This document shows positions 22,494 through 33,799 of a DNA stretch of 64,000 nt, piece after piece (position 1 is the first letter of the stretch; every line of letters begins with the position of its first letter). Both the position numbers and the translations under genes were made by a program. The notes below the pieces were generated by a model. It did no database searches. It saw only the letters and a list, made by a program, of their open reading frames with translations, and was not told the DNA's origin. The stretch comes from Tubulanus polymorphus (Eukaryota; Animalia; Nemertea): the NCBI RefSeq assembly GCF_964204645.1, contig NC_134029.1, positions 12,736,850 to 12,800,849 on the forward strand. Direction: 5' to 3'.

Positions 22494-23741
22494 ATGAGTG
22501 GGAGTTATATAAGTCCTTCGAAGAATCATAGAATATCTAATGCTATTAAAGCAGAAAGATCACATCATATAATTACTCATAACCCTTCAAATATTAATCC
22601 CGATGAAACTTTATACGTTAGAATTCCTCGATTAACACAAAATACTTTTTATGTTCCAAACAGTATTTATTTATCAGCCGATATAAAAGTAACCGGTAAT
22701 AATAATAATTATGTCGTTGATAATGTTGGAAGATATTTGATTAAAAAGTTAACAATAAAGATTGGTCCGGAAACAGTTTTTTCATTAGATGATTATAATT
22801 TATTTATGCATTATAAAGATTAATGGTTAACTAAAGAAAATAGAAATAATATGATATTTCAAGGAATTCAATCAGAAAACCAAAATAAATTAAGATCAGA
22901 AGCTAATAGCGCAATATTAACTAATGATGTAGATAAATTGATAAAAAGTATATATGGAAACAAATATAAAATTCCATTAGATTTTGAATTGATAAATAAT
23001 AATGCACCTTTATATAAATACGCAATTCAAGAAGATATTATATTTGAGATAACATTTGCTCCTGTAAATGAAATTGTATTATTTAGCGTTAATAAAGATA
23101 TGAGTTATAAATTATCGAATATATGTTTCGAATATGATACAGTAACTGATGAAAATATTTCAAGTATAATTCAAACTAAATATAATCAAGGGTTTTCATT
23201 ATTATATGATTATATTGATAAATTTAAAACTGTAACTATTAATGCAAATGATGAAATAATTAATGAGAATATTAACTTCCCTAGAAGATCTATTAAAGGT
23301 ATATTAATATTTTTTACCATTGGAACGTATACTAATGGCGCAATAAATGTTGATAATTATTATAATCCTGAAATAACAAAAGTAGAAATAACTATCGAAG
23401 GAATAGCGAATGAAATATTTTGTCAAGGAATGAGAATGATTGATCAATGGGTAGAAATTAAAAAACATTTTATGAATGAAAAAGTAAAATCATCTGAAAA
23501 TTGTAATATTAATCAAATTGATTATTATACCGGTAATAAATATGCATTATGGTTAGATTTTAGAACAACTGAAGATAATTCATTACATGGTTCTGGGAAA
23601 AAACTACAAAACACTAAAGATGGAATACAATTATTCATGACAAAGAATAAAGGAATCAAAAATTTTAAAATGCACATTTATATTATATCTGACGCGCAAT
23701 TAAATATTGTAAATTCACAATTAGATAGTGTTATGTATTAA
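22494..23741 (+). pseudogene. Putative double jelly-roll major capsid protein of B (415 codons, single TTA>TAA stop at 22821)
   Basis: ORFs 22494-22823 and 22851-23741 share a frame; A and C have TTA TGG at this site. Confidence 0.8.
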
Positions 23742-23773
23742 AATTTTAACTTTAATAAAAATATATATATTAA

Positions 23774-24931
23774 ATGGAAGGTGGAATATATGAAATACAA
23801 TCTCCAAGTGAAATGATATCAGATATATATCATATATTACCTTATGATGAATACAGTAAGTATTTTGGAGATTACTTTAATCAATTCAAATATAGAATAA
23901 GTAAAATAGATAAGAATATTGAAACAAAAAAAGAAAATAATATTGAACCTAAAATAGAAGATAATATTGAATATAAAATAGAAGATAATATTGAAACTAA
24001 AATAGAAGATAGTAATAATATTGAAACTAAAATAGAAGATGTAACAGCATCTACATCTTATAATATACCCTCTACATATGATATTGAATCAAAAAAAGAT
24101 TATAATCAAAAATATTGTGATGTATGTAAGAAATATATATCATATAAAAATTGGGCATCACATAAGAAATCAAAGAAACATATAGAAAAAGAAAAGAATA
24201 ATAATGATAATAATATATCAGTTAGTAATATAAAAGATAATGTTAATACAATTGAAACAAATGATACCATAGATAATATAACAGATAATGTAATAAATAA
24301 TGTTAACCCAATTGAAACTAATGATAATGATATAACAGATAATGAAATAATTGATGATTCTAAAAAACATTGTAACATTTGTAATTTAGATATTTCTAAA
24401 AGTAATTTTTCTAAACATAAAAAAACTAGGGGGCACATAGAAAATGAAAAAGAATTAATATGTGATTATTGTAATAAAGAAATTGAACCTGTTGATAAAA
24501 TTACTCATTATAAATCAAAATTACATCTAATTAATGTTTATAAAAAAGTGGGTATGTTACCATTGTTAAATAACCCTTTAGAATATATAAAATATTTTGA
24601 TTATAATATTAACCAATATGATATATTCTATAATTTGTTATTACATAAATTTTTAGATTATGCAAACGATAATCTTGAACAAATGTATAAATTATTATAT
24701 TTGAGAAGAAAAGATTCAACTTATTTGATAATTAATTTTGGATATGATATTGATTTTTATTATTATGATTTTGATGAAAACTTTGAAAAAATAAAAGAAA
24801 AAATTAATATGCCTACTGATTATAGATTAATGATGGATCGACTAAACTCAATAAATATACCAAAGACTTATGGAGAATTTGATATAAACGAAGATGATTT
24901 TATAAATGTATTAGAAACAAAATTAGAATAA
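23774..24931 (+). CDS. Triple C2H2-type zinc-finger protein
   Basis: Homolog of A 6621..7784; (KIEDNIE)n repeats; three zinc fingers. Confidence 0.85.
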   Translation: MEGGIYEIQSPSEMISDIYHILPYDEYSKYFGDYFNQFKYRISKIDKNIETKKENNIEPKIEDNIEYKIEDNIETKIEDSNNIETKIEDVTASTSYNIPSTYDIESKKDYNQKYCDVCKKYISYKNWASHKKSKKHIEKEKNNNDNNISVSNIKDNVNTIETNDTIDNITDNVINNVNPIETNDNDITDNEIIDDSKKHCNICNLDISKSNFSKHKKTRGHIENEKELICDYCNKEIEPVDKITHYKSKLHLINVYKKVGMLPLLNNPLEYIKYFDYNINQYDIFYNLLLHKFLDYANDNLEQMYKLLYLRRKDSTYLIINFGYDIDFYYYDFDENFEKIKEKINMPTDYRLMMDRLNSINIPKTYGEFDINEDDFINVLETKLE

Positions 24932-25345
24932 TTATTATAAAACTATTTATATATCTATAAAACTATTTATATATCTATAAAACTATTTATATATCTATGC
25001 ACTAGACGTACGAGTAAGAAAGTAAGAATCCAAGAATCCTTGCCAAGAAATATAAATTATAAACATAGATTATAAACATAAATTATAAACATAAATTATA
25101 AATATAAATTATAAATATGAATTATAAACATAAATTATAAATATAAATTATAAACATAAATTATAAACATAGTTTTAATATATGATTTATTCATTATTAT
25201 ATATTTCATTTAATAATTCATATTTTTATAGACTAGACGTACGTAAGAATCCAAGATTCTTGCCAAGAAAGTAAAAAGGTAAGAATCTTACTTTCTTACT
25301 CGTACGTCTAGTACATAGATATATAAATTAGTTTCTATAATATTC
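24930..25345. repeat. Palindromic/repeat spacer between convergent gene blocks of B
   Basis: 21-bp direct repeats, ACTAGACGTACGAGTAAGAAAGTAAGA and its inverted copy, 14-bp (TAAATTATAAACA)n array. Confidence 0.85.
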
Positions 25346-25357
25346 CAAATTAGGATT

Positions 25358-25972
25358 TTATTTTATAAATTTATATTCATATGGAAATTGTAATCTCATT
25401 AATAATTTTGAACCTTTATTATTCTTTAATTTATTCATATATTCATCATGTAATTCAGGAGGTATAATTTGATTTTCTTCCAATGATTGTTGCATAGATT
25501 TTCTATCTTTGTTGTAGAATAAAACTAGAAATCTTATATTCTCTCTAAAATCTTTCACAATTGAATTATATTTCTGATTTAAAACCCATGTTGTTATCCC
25601 AAAATGTCTACCAGAGAAAGCTAAATAACATAACTCACTTTCTCTAATTTTAGAATCATGTAAATTTGCGCAATCATCAATAATAAATAATGTATTTGAT
25701 CCTTTATAAATATCTAATGCAATTTTTATACAATTATCTAAATTATCTTTCACTGTTTTAGAATTTAATATAATAAACTTTTTATCTTTAAAAACTATAT
25801 CTCTATTATACGTTTCATTCATTTCATAAGTTGGGCAGAATAATATTATATTATCAAAATGATTCTTATAAATAGTTTCTAATAAATATAATATGAAGTG
25901 TGTTTTACCACAATTTGTAACTCCAGTAACTAACATATTATGAGGTTCAAATATAAATAAATCTTAATTCAT
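25358..25972 (-). pseudogene. A32-like packaging ATPase of B (stop at codon 3 from the TAAATG start; ORF 25358..25936 otherwise open)
   Basis: GVTNCGKT, FIIDD, GRH; ATG AAT TAA here versus ATG AAT AAA in A. Confidence 0.9.
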
Positions 25973-27065
25973 TTATTCTTTTAATTTTACTAGATAAAAT
26001 CCATTCATTAAATTTATCATCATATCCTTTATATTTCACCAGAGAATATTTCTTACCGCGTAATGTTTTAGTTTTTAATACCTTTTCTATTTTGTATTCT
26101 ATTTCATCTGGATTTGGTACTAATGATAATTCTTATTCATAAAAATAACCTAATATTTCTTCATCTTTTAAATCAAACAATTTATAAACAAATGGTTTAG
26201 TTAATATTATCTTTTTAATTTTAAATATTTCTTCTGTAAAATTAGGGGTATAACCTTTATAAAATGTTTTTCGATATTTAGAAATTCTAACATGTTGTCC
26301 TATTTTAAATTTAGGTTCTCCAAAATCATGTGTAACAAATGCACCATATAAATTATTCCAAACTATTTCTGAATTTTCTTCTTTTCTAGCTTGTATAGGT
26401 TTCATATTTATAGAATTATGTTTAGAATTATTATAACCTTTAACTAAATCATCTAATGTATTTATAGACTCATCGATATATTTGTATGTTTCATTAGCGG
26501 TGAAATATTTCCACATTCTAGTTTTCAATGTTTTATTAAATCTTTCTATAACAGATGCTTTTTTATCTGAATGTGTTGAAAAATATTCTACATCGTTATC
26601 AGTTAATAGTTTTTTAAAATGTTTGTTATAAAATTCTTTACCTTCATCAAATTGTATTTTATCTGGGATAGCTTCTTTAAATATTAATTTGAAAGAATTT
26701 GTAACTTCTATACCAGTTTTATTTTTGATTGGAATTGACCATGCGTATCTACTGAATATATCTATAACATTTAGTATCCAAAAATATCCTTTGTTATATT
26801 CTTCTAAGTTTTTCATATCAATTAAATCAGCTTGCCATTGTTGATCGATATATGAAACCATTACTTTTCTTGTTAAATATTTTTTATCCATCTTTTTATG
26901 AATTTGATATGTGGGTTGATTTTGTAACCATGATTTTAATTCACTATATTTTATTTTTTCTTTATCAGATTTAATTTTATCCCATAATTCTGAAACACTT
27001 GAATATGATACTTCACTTTCTGGGTTATAATATAAATCTCTCAAATATTGTTCTTTTTTCATCAT
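25969..27065 (-). pseudogene. rve integrase plus chromodomain of B (premature stop at 26133 before the chromodomain)
   Basis: D-D-E motifs WQADLID/FDEGKEF/IERFN; after GAA TAA the frame continues ELSLVPNPDEIEYKIEKVL...KFNEWI. Confidence 0.93.
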
Positions 27066-27068
27066 ATT

Positions 27069-27452
27069 TTAATCCATTAATAATATTTTAGATTTATTTT
27101 CATTTGATTTATTTTCTGGTATAATAGGTTTATCATCATTGGAATCATCTTTATCATCAGATTTGAATTTTGATTTATATATTACACCGGATAATATAAT
27201 AACTGTTACTAATCCAATTGTAATATATAATTTATAATTACTTCCAGCATTAGAAGAATTAGATGGATTATTATTTGAATCAATACTACCGTGTGGGTGC
27301 TGTACGGCACCATCAGATAATTTCTGTGAATCATTTATATCAGTTAATTTCTTTTTCTTAGCTTTTTTTAATTCTGATGATCTTTTACCTAATTCTCTTG
27401 CCCATTTAATTTGTTTCTCGGATCTAGCCTTTTTCTTAACGCTATCACTCAT
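27069..27452 (-). CDS. Small basic single-TM protein
   Basis: Homolog of A 9921..10280; TAAATG start. Confidence 0.8.
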   Translation of the reverse strand: MSDSVKKKARSEKQIKWARELGKRSSELKKAKKKKLTDINDSQKLSDGAVQHPHGSIDSNNNPSNSSNAGSNYKLYITIGLVTVIILSGVIYKSKFKSDDKDDSNDDKPIIPENKSNENKSKILLMD

Positions 27453-28029
27453 TTATTTTAGTTAATTTTTGTTCTGATTCATTTTCTGTTTCACTGTTTG
27501 GTTGTAGTACATCTGTTTCGTTCTTACCTGATTTATATTCCATAGGTTTGATATTCGAAAATGTTATAACTCCAGTAGAAATTAATGTCATAACCGATCC
27601 TAATTGAAATGAAGCATATCCAACCCATTTTTGTAATTCAGTCATAACTAAGTAGTCATTTTTCAAATCATTATATAATTTATTTTCATCATCAATTGGT
27701 ATTAACTGGTTACATAATTTTGAATAACATTTGACAATACCATTCGAAATAGAATCATTTATTTTAGATAATCTTGCCTCTTCATAAATCTTAAAATATT
27801 TTATTACTTTTTCTTTATTCATATTATCTAATTCTTGAAAAGTTATTGTTTTACCAATAAACTCTTTAGTTTTTCCACTCGCAATCAATAGTTCTAGATG
27901 ATGCTTACAATATAAATAGTATTCATAATCTATAGAATTAGAAACAACTGTATCTTTTTTATCACTAATACCCAAATCATCTAATGTTTTTTCAATATCA
28001 ATACTATTCTTATTAGATTTCTTTGACAT
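27445..28029 (-). CDS. Conserved hypothetical protein
   Basis: 194 aa; homologs in A and C; TAAATG start. Confidence 0.82.
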   Translation of the reverse strand: MSKKSNKNSIDIEKTLDDLGISDKKDTVVSNSIDYEYYLYCKHHLELLIASGKTKEFIGKTITFQELDNMNKEKVIKYFKIYEEARLSKINDSISNGIVKCYSKLCNQLIPIDDENKLYNDLKNDYLVMTELQKWVGYASFQLGSVMTLISTGVITFSNIKPMEYKSGKNETDVLQPNSETENESEQKLTKINE

Positions 28030-28278
28030 TTATATTAGAGAAATTTAATAAGAATAGTATTATAAATATTCTTCAAATGATACTAGATAGTTAAAGCTAA
28101 AGAATTCTAGTATTGACTACTGATACTAGCTATTTGAATTTAAAGAATTTCTATTCGGATCTATTCAAAATATAAAGTATTCTCTTTTTGAAAAGAAAAT
28201 ATTAAAAATATAATAGAATTCGCTAGCTAGTTGAAGTTATTGTTTTTTAAATACTTTTTATTTAAAATCTATTATTCT

Positions 28279-28941
28279 TTAACCACTCATTAAAGACTCA
28301 ACGTATTGTTCATTATGTGTTGAATTCCATAATTCAATAAATTTTTTTACTTTTTCCAGTTGATTCAAATATAACTGTAAATCTATTTTATTAGATTTGA
28401 TTTGATTTTCTTTCTTTTCTAAAGGTCTTAAATTTTTCCAATTCCAAATAAGTTTTTTATTGTATTCATCATTCATGTTAAATTTAGATATTGGTAACAC
28501 GTGATCAATATGGTAATAATCCCCATAATTATCTATATTCATTTTATCATCGAATTGATATATAATCCATGATTTGAGAAATTCATCTGAACAACCCAAT
28601 AAATTAGATAATGTTTCTGAATGTGTTTCTTTGTTGAATAATTGTGTTAATCTAGACCGTAAACATTGTTTCAATCTAAAATTAAGATCTGTTTGATATC
28701 TTTCTCTCATATATTTTGTCATATAATAATTATAATGTTCTATATTATCTTCTCGATATTGTTTGGTATATAGTTTAATGCAAGTTTTACAGTAATATTG
28801 AAAACCATCTTTGCTAGTCTTACGCTTACTAAATTCTGTTAATGATTTATCTAATTCACATTTAGAACACTTTTTGTAATATATGTTTATAACACCAGTG
28901 TTATTTGTAATATTGATAATTTGTGGTTGTTCTGGTTCCAT
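28279..28941 (-). CDS. HNH endonuclease (large DNA virus type) with N-terminal Cys4 module
   Basis: CSKC...CKTC, LGCS, NYG..YHIDHVLP, WKNLRPL...N..KS. Confidence 0.88.
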   Translation of the reverse strand: MEPEQPQIINITNNTGVINIYYKKCSKCELDKSLTEFSKRKTSKDGFQYYCKTCIKLYTKQYREDNIEHYNYYMTKYMRERYQTDLNFRLKQCLRSRLTQLFNKETHSETLSNLLGCSDEFLKSWIIYQFDDKMNIDNYGDYYHIDHVLPISKFNMNDEYNKKLIWNWKNLRPLEKKENQIKSNKIDLQLYLNQLEKVKKFIELWNSTHNEQYVESLMSG

Positions 28942-29019
28942 TTATTATACGTATTTTTTTACTAAATTGGTTAATAATTTATAATCCTCTTCCATTTCTT
29001 CGACCAACGTTATCCTTTT

Positions 29020-29271
29020 TCATTCCTCGCTGCTTTTGATAAGTTGTTTCGATTCCTTGATATCAAATTCCTCAACGTATTGTTCATTATTTGGATCATT
29101 ATTCCATAATTCAATAAATTTCTTTCCCTTTGTTAACTGTTCTGAATATAACTGTAAATATTCTAGTTTCAATTTATTCTCTAAATGTGTTCTAGTTTTA
29201 TTGTGTCTTGCGTTTTGGGATTTATCTATATCGATATTACATGTTGGGCAGTAGTACTTATTTGTTTCCAT
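29020..29271 (-). CDS. Chimeric polB zinc finger / HNH-tail ORF starting in the right TIR of B
   Basis: METNKYYCPTC...KLKLEY|LQLYSEQLTKGKKFIELWNN. Confidence 0.6.
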   Translation of the reverse strand: METNKYYCPTCNIDIDKSQNARHNKTRTHLENKLKLEYLQLYSEQLTKGKKFIELWNNDPNNEQYVEEFDIKESKQLIKSSEE

Positions 29272-29619
29272 TTTAATACTATATTTTTTATTAAAATTGA
29301 TTTTAGAAGTTCAATGATTTAAATGTTATTCATATATATGAATATTTTAAGAGTAATAGGGGTAATAGGCTTTCGGGTTAAAGGTTGAACGGGCGGGTGA
29401 GTAAAAAATGAAAAACATAAAAATAATAACAATTTCTACTTGAATTAGGAGTGAAACTCATAAAAATGAAAAATAAATTCGAGCGTGTGAGAATTTATTT
29501 TTCATTTTTATGAGTTTCGCGAGTAATTCAAGTAGAAATTGTTATTATTTTTATGTTTTTCATTTTTTACGAGCTCGACCGTTCGACCTTTGATCTGAAA
29601 GCCTATTACCCCTATTACT
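29158..29619 (-). repeat. Right TIR of B
   Basis: Reverse complement of 12326..12772 with a ~15-bp indel. Confidence 0.95.
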
Positions 29620-29625
29620 GCTAGT

Positions 29626-30109
29626 GTAATAGGGAATACTCAACTGTGATTGGATAGAGTAATACTCAACTGTGATTGGATAGATTAATAGTAAAATACT
29701 CAACTGTGATTGGCTGGAAATACTCAACTGTGATTGGATAGAGTAATAGGGAATATTCAACTGTGATTGGCTGGAGATACTCAACTGTGATTGGCTAGAG
29801 TAATACTCAACTGTGATTGGCTAATGTAGTTTTCTAGATGGATGGTTCTAGAATCAACATGTAATACGCAATACTCAACGTGTTGAGGCTTGTAAATTAT
29901 GAGACTTGTGATTAGATAGAGTAATAGGGGTTTAGTTGTTTCATATCAAAGGTTGAGAGGTTGATAAATTTTCCAAATGTGAAAATAACAATAATTTCTA
30001 CTTGAATTAGGATTGTACGCGACTAATTCAAGTAGAAATTATTGTTATTTTCACATTTGGAAAATTTCTCGACCTCTCTTTGGTATGAAACAACTAAACC
30101 CCTATTACT
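29626..30109 (-). repeat. Outer part of the right TIR of A (CCAAT array plus terminal fold-back)
   Basis: Reverse complement of 264..~750. Confidence 0.93.
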
Positions 30110-30115
30110 TGCAGT

Positions 30116-30263
30116 GGTGAAAAAAAGTGGAAGTAAACAAAAATCTCAGCTTGCCTACATGAGCCCGGACAATTTCATGAGAACGATTGCTCTATCCTTA
30201 ACATTAAAAAATAAAGACAAACGCAGAAAGTTAAGTGTAGTATCTGTATTGGAAAATCAGTGA
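30116..30263 (+). pseudogene. 3' part of the exon interrupted by element A
   Basis: In frame with 120..263 across the TSD. Confidence 0.45.
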
Positions 30264-30566
30264 ACAGAACAGTGAACAACAGTATATAAAAAATGGCAAA
30301 TTGTTCTTCAATTTTTTTTTGTAGTAACACAATACAATTTTGATAGTAGTTTTCTTATTTCAGTCAGTAGTAGGCAAAATCAAACATTCTAGTGATAGTA
30401 GCAAATCATTGATTCTCAGTAGCAGCCGAAACGACCAGATAATACCAAGAAAAACACGAAATAATGATAAAATTCTGTTCGTATTTATTAAAAAATTGAT
30501 TGTTAAACTCTCCTTCACAAAGAAATATACACACATTAGATTTACGCATTATTGCTATCATTGCTA

Positions 30567-31439
30567 TCAAAAAATACCTACATTTTTTAACATCTTTTTA
30601 AAGAGTCGTGTAGCATGATCTGATACTGCAAAAGCTATGTTGTGTTCGACCAAAAAATTAATAAACATCACCTCCGCCCTTAGGGTTACCAATTCGTCTG
30701 CTGTTGGAGTATTTGATGTGAAATAGCGAGTGATTTTAGACGCTTTTGCCTTAGCTTCGTTACTTTTGCTTTCTTCACAATGTTTCCCGACATCTGTCAA
30801 CCCACCGTGTGTCACAAGAAAATCAAGGTTACAGACAGTACACAGTGCATATTTGATATTTGAGATGGAACAATGCACGGATACTTGGACGTATATTCTG
30901 CTCTGAATTTTTGATTGGCGACACGGGTTTTTTTTCTGTTGTTCGTTACTAGTCCCTTGTTTGGATTTTCTTCCTCGCAGTTACTTCACCTTCTTCCGAT
31001 TCGCTTTCATCATCATCGGAATTCGATTCGTTTGCCGAAAAATCCAAATCAGACAACGATGCTGCCATGTTAACAGGTGAACACTAAATCCAACCGCCGA
31101 CTATCACATTTCATGATCGCTTATTGATAACTGCGCATGCGGACAAACCAAAGACTACCGTTCTGTGGATAGGATTTAACAATGACAAAATTGATGTGAG
31201 CGTATTCAATTGGCATTCTAACGGAACCCCGGAGTGAAATAAATTTGAGCGTATTCGATTGGCATTCTAACGGAACACCGGAGTGAAATTGATTATGGGC
31301 GTATTCGATTGACTCTTCGGCGGAGTACCGGAGTGAGACCGACGCTCGAGCGTAGTTTTTTCACCACTCCCGTAGCACCGGAGTTCTACTGGTTTTATCG
31401 TAGCAAACTCCGCCGAAATCGGAGACATTGGCAGCCCTG
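30567..31439 (-). mobile_element. hAT-like DNA transposon 5' remnant
   Basis: Minus-strand end CAGGGCTGCCAA at 31439; ~50-bp subterminal repeats at 31197-31340; BED-like CTVC..F...HGG..D..KH and FLVEHNI ORF fragment. Confidence 0.7.
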
Positions 31440-31717
31440 TATAATCCCTCTTTTTTAATCCGTTCCATGTTTATTTGTTTGGCAGTAGCTATAATAAGAA
31501 AATATACACTGAATGCATAAAATCATCAAAAATGTAAATTAGATGTCTGATCATTTCACTGTAATGTAGACGTTTATTGTAGATGCTGCTGGAATCTTAT
31601 AACTATTATTATTAATCTAAATTGCAATTGACAATAAATAATCAAAACTTTATTATTAACATCAAATTAGATATCATTATCACAAATTGTTTTGAAGGGT
31701 TAAACTGATAACTGTAC

Positions 31718-31816
31718 CTGTCACTGCATGTAAAAGACCAGCTTTTTGTTCCTGTCCATCATCCACCACCTTGATCATTGACCTCAGGCTAACATTGGCA
31801 ATGAAGCTGTCAGACA
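31718..31816 (-). CDS. Candidate host exon (phase 1-1)
   Basis: ctcttttatag|TGTCTGAC...GTGACAG|gtacag; open frame VSDSFIANVSLRSMIKVVDDGQEQKAGLLHAVT. Confidence 0.45.
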
Positions 31817-32004
31817 CTATAAAAGAGATAAATTTACATTTATAAATAAGTGAATGCAAAGACAGAAATAAATGCTTGATTAACTATCTACTAGTGTCTC
31901 AAATGGAAAAAGATTAGTTGGGATACAGTGATTTACAATTCTTTTGGAAGTAAAAGATCGACACTTTCCGGCCCCGAAACGCATCTCCGGCGATTGGTTC
32001 TTAC

Positions 32005-32109
32005 CAGAAAAAGTCGGTGTAATATCTGGTGGTGCTGCGTCGCCAAACTCAACAGGAGGTGGGAATATATCGCCATCATTGCTCTCTACTGCTTGAGGAA
32101 CATTGTCAC
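32005..32109 (-). CDS. Candidate 105-bp host exon, duplicated copy
   Basis: tttcag|GTGACAAT...TTTTCTG|gtaag; DNVPQAVESNDGDIFPPPVEFGDAAPPDITPTFS. Confidence 0.55.
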
Positions 32110-32465
32110 CTGAAATTGGAAAAAATGAATGGACTTATAGATGAAGCTGTCAGACACTATAAAGGAGATAAATTTACATTTACAAATAAGTGCATGCCAA
32201 GACAGAAATAAATGCTCAATTAACTATCTACTAGTGTTTCAAATGGAAAAAATTAGTTGGGATACAGCGATTTACAATTCTTTTGGAAGTAAAAGATCGA
32301 CACTTTTCGTCTATATATTATGGGTTCGAATCCATGTGTCATTAGTTGATCTCTCTGATAACCTTACCTCTGATAAAATTAAGTAACGATTTCAGCTTAT
32401 GATGCCCAGAGATATAATAGTGGGATAAGAGATTTTGGGAGTTTATAGCTGTTTATGGTACTTAC

Positions 32466-32570
32466 CAGAAAAAGTTGGTGAAATATCTGGTGGTGCTGCG
32501 TCGCCAAACTCAACAGGAGGTGGGAATATATCGCCATCATTGCTCTCTACTGCTTGAGGAACATTGTCAC
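32466..32570 (-). CDS. Candidate 105-bp host exon
   Basis: Near-identical to 32005..32109 with canonical AG/GTAAGT boundaries. Confidence 0.55.
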
Positions 32571-33311
32571 CTGAAATGGGAAAAAATAAATTGACTTACA
32601 GATTAGCTTTAATCAAAAAGCATACAAAATGGCAATAAAAATAATGGACTTTTTCTAACATTAAAACGATATTTATTAACATATAGAATTCCCCTCCCCG
32701 GTAAGTTTTAACCCAAATTGTTAAGTAGTTGGTAAAAAATCCTCCAGAAAACTTATTAAATTTTTGATTGAGCGTAGACCTAGTTTATTATGAGATATGG
32801 GTAAACGATTCAAAGTGACACTGATCAAGTAGTTAGTTAGAGACATAATGTAGTTATAAAATCTATTATATAAAAAACTACATTTTTCATGATACAATAC
32901 AAGAAATAATGGGTATACTAACGACTTGCGAGTATACGTCCCCTGTGGTCACTGAACCGAAATTAATTAAACAAAAATTAAACTGAACTGAATTCAATTT
33001 ACATGTAAGTCATAGTTAAATTGTTAAACAACAGGGGATGTATACTCGCAAGTAATTATGCACTGATACATCGTTGTGGGCTTCGTCTCGTAAAAACATG
33101 GGGGCGTATACGGTTATAGATAAAAGCCCCTGGGTAAAATCCCCAAATATTCCAAGTAGGTAAAAGTCCCCACTTAGTGATTTTCAAGAACATTGAAGCA
33201 CGATGTTTCTCTAATTTTATTCATTTGATTAATTGGAAAAGTAGGCTTTCAGATCAGAGGTCGAAGGTCGAGACACCACTCATCACCACATGTAATTTTT
33301 TCCCCTAATAA

Positions 33312-33638
33312 ATGGGAGATAGAAAAGCATTCTTAGCAACAATAAATAACAGAATAAAACCAGCAAAAAAACAATTTGAAATAAAAAAGTTAGCTGATGT
33401 TACAAAAGAAATTGAACATAAAATATTGAAATTAGAAAAGATAAAAACTGAATATGGAGAGAACGTATCAGCTAATTTAAGCTACTGTAATGTTAGTACA
33501 TCGCGAGAATTTAAAGTATTTTTACCTGATAAATGGGTTTCATTGATTACAGAGGAATTAAAAGATTTAGAAGGATTTAAAATAATCTATCATGGAAAAA
33601 ATGAAGATGGCCATCATGATTTAGAAATTGTTGATTGA
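33312..33638 (+). CDS. Homolog of the B 113-aa protein (possible SSB)
   Basis: Start codon lies at the inner edge of the TIR (TAAATG); shared motifs. Confidence 0.75.
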   Translation: MGDRKAFLATINNRIKPAKKQFEIKKLADVTKEIEHKILKLEKIKTEYGENVSANLSYCNVSTSREFKVFLPDKWVSLITEELKDLEGFKIIYHGKNEDGHHDLEIVD

Positions 33639-33799
33639 ATTTGAAAAAAATAAATTAATAAAAATAATGAATATCTAGAATCTGAAATGACTTATCTGGA
33701 CAATTTAATTGCTCCGCATAGATAGACAAAGGTTGTGAGATATTCAATTAATATTCAATTAATTAAACAAATTATTTTTTTTGCTTTTTTTCTAAAATT

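Larger units (their letters stand above)
12326..29619 (+). mobile_element. Polinton/Maverick-like element B, 17,294 bp, nearly intact, nested in the right TIR of A
   Basis: Ends AGTAATAGGGGTAATAGGC...GCCTATTACCCCTATTACT; TSD GCTAGT at 12320-12325 and 29620-29625; about 17 genes. Confidence 0.97.
264..30109 (+). mobile_element. Polinton/Maverick-like element A (internally deleted, about 12.5 kb of its own sequence), containing nested element B
   Basis: Ends AGTAATAGGGGTTTAG...CTAAACCCCTATTACT; 6-bp TSD TGCAGT at 258-263 and 30110-30115; ~770-bp TIRs; remnants of pPolB, MCP, ATPase and integrase. Confidence 0.96.

Noticed and set aside
264-29619. A and B as an assembly duplication or tandem repeat
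   Set aside because: They have distinct TIRs, separate exact TSDs and many substitutions and indels.
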